Positions 59,600 to 64,000 of a stretch of DNA of 64,000 bases are shown here, in pieces. The notes beneath the pieces are model-generated. The model was not told where the DNA came from, made no database searches, and saw nothing but the letters and a program-made list of their open reading frames with translations. Origin of the DNA: an uncultured delta proteobacterium. Its GTDB lineage: Bacteria; Desulfobacterota; Binatia; UBA9968. Where the stretch lies: positions 32,001-96,000 of the forward strand of contig CAWJZV010000045.1 of assembly GCA_963847445.1 (NCBI GenBank), given 5' to 3'. Made by a program: the position numbers and the translations under genes. Position 1 is the stretch's first letter; each line of letters begins with the position of its first letter.

Positions 59600-61159
59600 A
59601 TGGCAACCCCGCAGGAGAAACTGGCTGAATCCCTTGACGCTTTAAAGGCGCTTCAAGACCGGGGCGTCGTCGCAATCCGGGCGACCGATCTTTCACGCGC
59701 TCATCGGGAGCGCCTGCTCAAGAACGGCTTCTTGCAAGAGGTCATGAAGGGTTGGTACGTAGCCGCGCGCCAGGATGACGCCGCCGGTGAAAGCACAGCG
59801 TGGTACGCCTCGTTCTGGGGCTTTTGCGCGGCATACCTGCGCGAGCGCTTTGGCAGCGAATGGTGTCTCTCACCGGAGCATTCCCTGTCTCTGCACACCG
59901 GGAACCATGCGGTACCGCCTCAGCTGGTCGTCCGCTCGCCTAAGGGCGGCAACAAGGCCACCATGTTTCCTTACGGAACATCGTTGCTCGATGTTCGCGC
60001 CGCCATGCCAGACGAAAAGGATATCGAGGAGAAAGAAAGTCTGCGCCTGTTCTCGCTGCCCGCTGCGCTCATTGCCAGCTCGCCCGCGCTTTTCGAGCAC
60101 AATCCCACCGACGCGCGCGCCGCGCTTGCGGAGATCCGCGATGCTTCCGAAGTGCTGGACCGCCTCCTGGAGGGCGGGCACAGCAAGATCGCCGGACGGC
60201 TCGCAGGAGCTTTCCGCAACATCAGCCGCGACCGCATTGCCGATGACATCGTGAGCGCCATGCGCGCTGCCGGTTACACCGTGCGCGAACAGGACCCATT
60301 CGCAAGCAGGATAAATCTTGTGCTCCCACGCCGCGAGGCGTCTCCTTACGCGGGTCGCATCAGTCTCATGTGGCAGCAAATGCGCGGCCCCGTCATTGAA
60401 AAGTTTCCTGCATCGCCGGGACAGCGGCCTGAAATCACTGCCTATCTCAAGCATGTGCAGGAGGTCTATGTCACCGACGCCTATCACTCGCTGTCGATCG
60501 AAGGCTACCGCGTCAATCCCGGTCTGATCGAGCGGCTGCGCAGCGGCACCTGGAACCCTGACGCAAACGAACAGGACCGCGAGCACCGCGATGCTCTCGC
60601 CGCGAGAGGCTACTGGCTTGCGTTTCAGGCCGTGCAGAAGAGCTTGCGCAGGGTCCTGAGCGGCGAGAATCCCGGAACCGTTGCCGAGGAGGATCACGGC
60701 GCCTGGTACCGGGAAATGTTTGCGCCGAGCGTGACAGCCGGCTGGTTGCGGCCTGCCGATCTTGCAGGTTACCGCAACGCGCCCGTCTATATCCGCCGCT
60801 CAATGCACGTTCCGCCGAACTACGGGGCGGTGCGCGATGCCATGCCGGTGTTTTTCGAGATGCTGACGCAGGAGGCCGAGCCCGCGGTGCGGGTTGTCCT
60901 CGGCCATTTCATCTTCGTTTATATCCATCCCTACATCGACGGCAACGGCCGTATTGGCAGGTTCCTCATGAACGTGATGCTCGCGGCAGGCGGCTACCCC
61001 TGGACCGTGGTTCCTTTAGAGCGGCGCGACGCTTACATGGCCGCCCTGGAGGAGGCAAGCGTGAGGCAGAACATCGCACCATTCGCCGAATTTCTCGCGC
61101 AGCTTGTGGAGGAAGGGTTCAGCGGCAAACCCGTCGCCAAAGTGCCGGGGCCAAAATAG
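59600..61159 (+). CDS. Fic family protein with an N-terminal wHTH/AbiEi-like region
   Basis: Fic motif HPYIDGNGRIGR, YHSLSIEG, GYR...VYI; N-terminal RERLLKNGFLQEVMKGWY and LSPEHSLSLHTG. Confidence 0.88.
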   Translation: MATPQEKLAESLDALKALQDRGVVAIRATDLSRAHRERLLKNGFLQEVMKGWYVAARQDDAAGESTAWYASFWGFCAAYLRERFGSEWCLSPEHSLSLHTGNHAVPPQLVVRSPKGGNKATMFPYGTSLLDVRAAMPDEKDIEEKESLRLFSLPAALIASSPALFEHNPTDARAALAEIRDASEVLDRLLEGGHSKIAGRLAGAFRNISRDRIADDIVSAMRAAGYTVREQDPFASRINLVLPRREASPYAGRISLMWQQMRGPVIEKFPASPGQRPEITAYLKHVQEVYVTDAYHSLSIEGYRVNPGLIERLRSGTWNPDANEQDREHRDALAARGYWLAFQAVQKSLRRVLSGENPGTVAEEDHGAWYREMFAPSVTAGWLRPADLAGYRNAPVYIRRSMHVPPNYGAVRDAMPVFFEMLTQEAEPAVRVVLGHFIFVYIHPYIDGNGRIGRFLMNVMLAAGGYPWTVVPLERRDAYMAALEEASVRQNIAPFAEFLAQLVEEGFSGKPVAKVPGPK

Positions 61160-61649
61160 AGGGTGTGACTATGAAAACAAACACGGCTTGTTGCTATTTT
61201 ATGCTTCAATAACGGTTCGCTGCTGCTACTTCAGTAAGGACATGGCGGAAACTTCGTGCGCCCTCAACTTGAGGATCATCTTCGCGGCCCAAACAGAGGA
61301 CTAATTACTCGATTTTCGATCTACGATTACAATTTTAGAGCAGTTTTCGACAATTATGAATGGATTTCGACGTTTAGGGAAGCCGCCTAACTCGCCTTTT
61401 AAGCAGACGCTTACGACGGACGCGCTGCTCACCGCCTGGGAGTTATGCCCCTTATTGAGCGGAATTCTCCTACGACTCAATCCAAATCCCTTGGCGACTT
61501 GGTCGCCGTCAGAGACGTGTCAAACTTAAAACTATTTGCGACTCTATAAAATCAAATCCGGTTTGGCTGTAAAAAGCCGGCTATCCCAACTTGTCAATGT
61601 TCTAAGCTAACTGGATTGTGTGGCGGTATAAAAACCTCTTACCCCAGTT

Positions 61650-62261
61650 CTATTTGCCTTCGCGCATGGCGCGCGCCCGCTGCGCTGCCGGGCGCTCCCA
61701 GCAGCGGTGGAGCCAAGCCTGTGTACGGGGCCATTTCCTGGTATCGATCGCCAACGCACGGTAAAGCGCTGCGGCGACGTTGAGATCGCCGACTGAAAAT
61801 GCCGGCCCGGCAAGCCACTCCGCTTTCGCGAGCGCAGTCTCCAGCACGTCAAACGATTCCGTCACTTGCTGCCATGCGGCCTCGGCGATATCTTTTTTGC
61901 GCTCGGCCTCTGGAAACTCCTTGGTATGCCTGACGTAGTTCACGATCTGGCGATCGAGCCGGTCGGTCTCCCATAGGCTCCACTGCCAAACCAGCGCCTC
62001 GTCTCTGGGGTCCGACGGATACAGTGGACTCTTGTGCTTTTTCGCGAGATAGAGATTGATCGCCATCGACTCCGACAGCACGAAGCCGTCGTCGTCTATC
62101 ACCGGTACGCGGCCATTGGGATTCAACCCGCGAAACTCCGGAGTCCGCGTCTCCGGCGCGCGGGGCAGGTAATCCTTGTGGTCGTAGTCCAGGCCTAGCT
62201 CACCGAGCATCCACAAGGTGCGCACGGCACGAGATCGCGCGGCGCCGTATAGACGTAGCAT
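61650..62261 (-). CDS. Glutathione S-transferase
   Basis: SRAVRTLWML, LNPNGRVPVI, LSESMAINLYL, WLAGPAFSVGD, ERPA. Confidence 0.92.
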   Translation of the reverse strand: MLRLYGAARSRAVRTLWMLGELGLDYDHKDYLPRAPETRTPEFRGLNPNGRVPVIDDDGFVLSESMAINLYLAKKHKSPLYPSDPRDEALVWQWSLWETDRLDRQIVNYVRHTKEFPEAERKKDIAEAAWQQVTESFDVLETALAKAEWLAGPAFSVGDLNVAAALYRALAIDTRKWPRTQAWLHRCWERPAAQRARAMREGK

Positions 62262-62827
62262 CGTTTATCCTCCCCAGTGTTAGTGATAATAAATGGATAC
62301 TTTGTACTATGACTTAGCATGTGGGTGAAACGATTTTGCAATGACCTGGAAATTGGCGCTCAGTTCGTAACCGACTCCTCGAGGTGTTTTTCAGATCCGA
62401 GTCAAAATAGACGGCGATCTTATTCTTAAGTTCTGAGAGTTTTTCCCGAAGGATCTAATCGGCATTAATGGCCGGTTTTCTATATCAGACCAGACCGAGA
62501 TGCTCCCCGTTGTCAGATGTTTCTCTCTCACTCAGTAACTGCGGGAGAAGCAAGCAACTATGTTTCACACGGAAATAGCGTGCCGTATAAATACGTCAAA
62601 TTGCGTTCCATCGCAATTGCAGTGCTGACCTTCTGGCGCACCCACATTGATTCCACTGAGCGCGGGGTCAGTAGTGACTGTATTGGGGCTACATGGGTGT
62701 TCGTTTCTTGCTCTTCAGTGAAAATTCTACCTGTGAGCGGCGAATCGATGTTCTTGTTATGAAGCGCGCCCTCGGGGTGACTCCGCGAAAAGAGATGTAT
62801 TCGCGATCGCGTGAAATCAGAAGGATT

Positions 62828-62913
62828 TGGTGCCGGAGGCGAGACTTGAACTCGCACAGGGTTGCCCCTACCGGATTTTGAGTCCGGCGCGTCTGCCATT
62901 CCACCACTCCGGC
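62828..62913 (-). tRNA. tRNA-Leu (CAA)
   Basis: GCCGGAGTGGTGGAATGGCAGACGCGCCGGACTCAAAATCCGG...GAGTTCAAGTCTCGCCTCCGGCACCA: long variable arm, CAA anticodon, encoded CCA. Confidence 0.96.
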
Positions 62914-63066
62914 ACGGGAGTAATGCGGAGTCATATTGATAACGGACAGTTGAATCGGATTCAAGAGCAGCGCGACTGCCGCCTGTTGGGTTCGTGCAAT
63001 CCGCAGGTTCTCTGATTCGGAGATTTTCGCCGCTGACGGCGCAAAGACGCTAAGTTCGGAAATCTT

Positions 63067-63123
63067 GTCATTTCGACCACAGGGAGAAATCTATCTTGAT
63101 CCCTCGCATTCGCTCGGGATGAC
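63067..63123. repeat. GTCATTTCGA...GATGAC palindromic intergenic repeat (half copy at 6516-6541)
   Basis: GTCATTTCGACCACAGGGAGAAATC ... GATCCCTCGCATTCGCTCGGGATGAC. Confidence 0.55.
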
Positions 63124-63183
63124 GGGCACCGAGCTCGTCATCTTTACGGCCTTTGCGGCTTTGCAGGAGATATTCCGATTTGC

Positions 63184-64000
63184 TCAGAAGAGCAGCTTCC
63201 AGCATTCCTGGATCGAGCTGACGGCGGCGAGTTTGGGATGTTTGATATGTTTTAGCTGGGCGACGTTGCTGGCCGGCAGGATGCAGCGTTCGAAGCCGAG
63301 TTTGCCGGCTTCTTTGACCCGGGTTTCGGCCTGGGAGATGCCGCGGACTTCGCCGGCGAGGCCGACTTCGCCGAAGAAAACGGTTTTGGGATCGAGGACG
63401 GCTTCGCGGCTGCTCGAACCAATGGCGGCGATGACGCCCAAATCGACCGCCGGTTCGTCGACATGGACGCCGCCGGCGACGTTGACGAAAATATCTTGAT
63501 CGAACAGCTTGGCGCCCATCTTCTTTTCCAACACGGCGACCAAGAGAGCGACGCGGTTGTGGTCGACGCCGATGGTGGTGCGCCGCGGCACGGCGAGAAA
63601 CGACCGGCAGACCAGCGCCTGCAACTCGACCAAGATCGGCCGGGTGCCTTCGATGCTGCAAACGACGGCGGAGCCGGGCACTTGCAGCGGCCGCTCCATT
63701 AAAAATATCTCCGAGGGATTGCTGACTTCGGCGAGGCCGGCTTCTTTCATCTCGAAGACGCCGATCTCGTTGGTCGAGCCGAAGCGGTTTTTGACCGCGC
63801 GCAGAATTCTAAAACTATGGCCGCGCTCGCCTTCGAAGTAGAGCACGGTGTCGACCATATGTTCGAGCAGGCGCGGCCCGGCGATGGCGCCGTCCTTGGT
63901 GACATGACCGATCAAGAAAGTCGTCAGTCCGGTTTTCTTCGCCAGCACGATGATCGAGCCCGAGGTTTCGCGCACCTGGGCGATGCTGCCGGGGGCGGAC
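63184..64000 (-). CDS. radA: DNA repair protein RadA/Sms (5' end outside the window)
   Basis: GHVTKDGAIAGPRLLEHMVD, KNRFG, EGTRP, Lon-like C-terminus GEVGLAGEVR. Confidence 0.96.
   Translation of the reverse strand, partial: SAPGSIAQVRETSGSIIVLAKKTGLTTFLIGHVTKDGAIAGPRLLEHMVDTVLYFEGERGHSFRILRAVKNRFGSTNEIGVFEMKEAGLAEVSNPSEIFLMERPLQVPGSAVVCSIEGTRPILVELQALVCRSFLAVPRRTTIGVDHNRVALLVAVLEKKMGAKLFDQDIFVNVAGGVHVDEPAVDLGVIAAIGSSSREAVLDPKTVFFGEVGLAGEVRGISQAETRVKEAGKLGFERCILPASNVAQLKHIKHPKLAAVSSIQECWKLLF

Noticed and set aside
62517-62964. ORFs overlapping or next to tRNA-Leu
   Set aside because: They translate the tRNA itself or lack any protein motif.

Overview
GC-rich bacterial chromosomal window. 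The gene content (several NMT1/SsuA-type binding proteins, amidohydrolases, CaiB, MmgE/PrpD, F420 genes) suggests a Deltaproteobacteria/Binatia-like organism; this is inference only. About 25 single-base frameshifts break conserved genes (clpB, hemH, cofC, cofD and others), which points to uncorrected long-read errors rather than real pseudogenes. Core content: catabolic enzymes, two TA modules beside tandem caiB paralogs, hemE-hemH-hemY, dinB, two MFS pumps, clpB, hisC, recD2, a cofG-cofD-cofC-cofE-npdG F420 operon, an ECF sigma/anti-sigma locus, tRNA-Leu(CAA) and radA. Two loci stand out. (1) An accessory region at the 3' end of tRNA-Leu carries a coupled two-gene operon: a calcineurin-like metallophosphoesterase and a trypsin-TIR-TPR-SLOG multidomain protein, a candidate self-contained defence/conflict system. 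Divergent from it is an AbiEi-like/Fic gene preceded by five AACCTAA motifs spaced exactly 24 bp apart. (2) A putative sigma54/IHF-controlled operon encodes a ~1440-aa repeat-built coiled-coil protein and two single-domain KaiC-like ATPases. Several families of REP/MITE-like intergenic repeats are scattered through the window.
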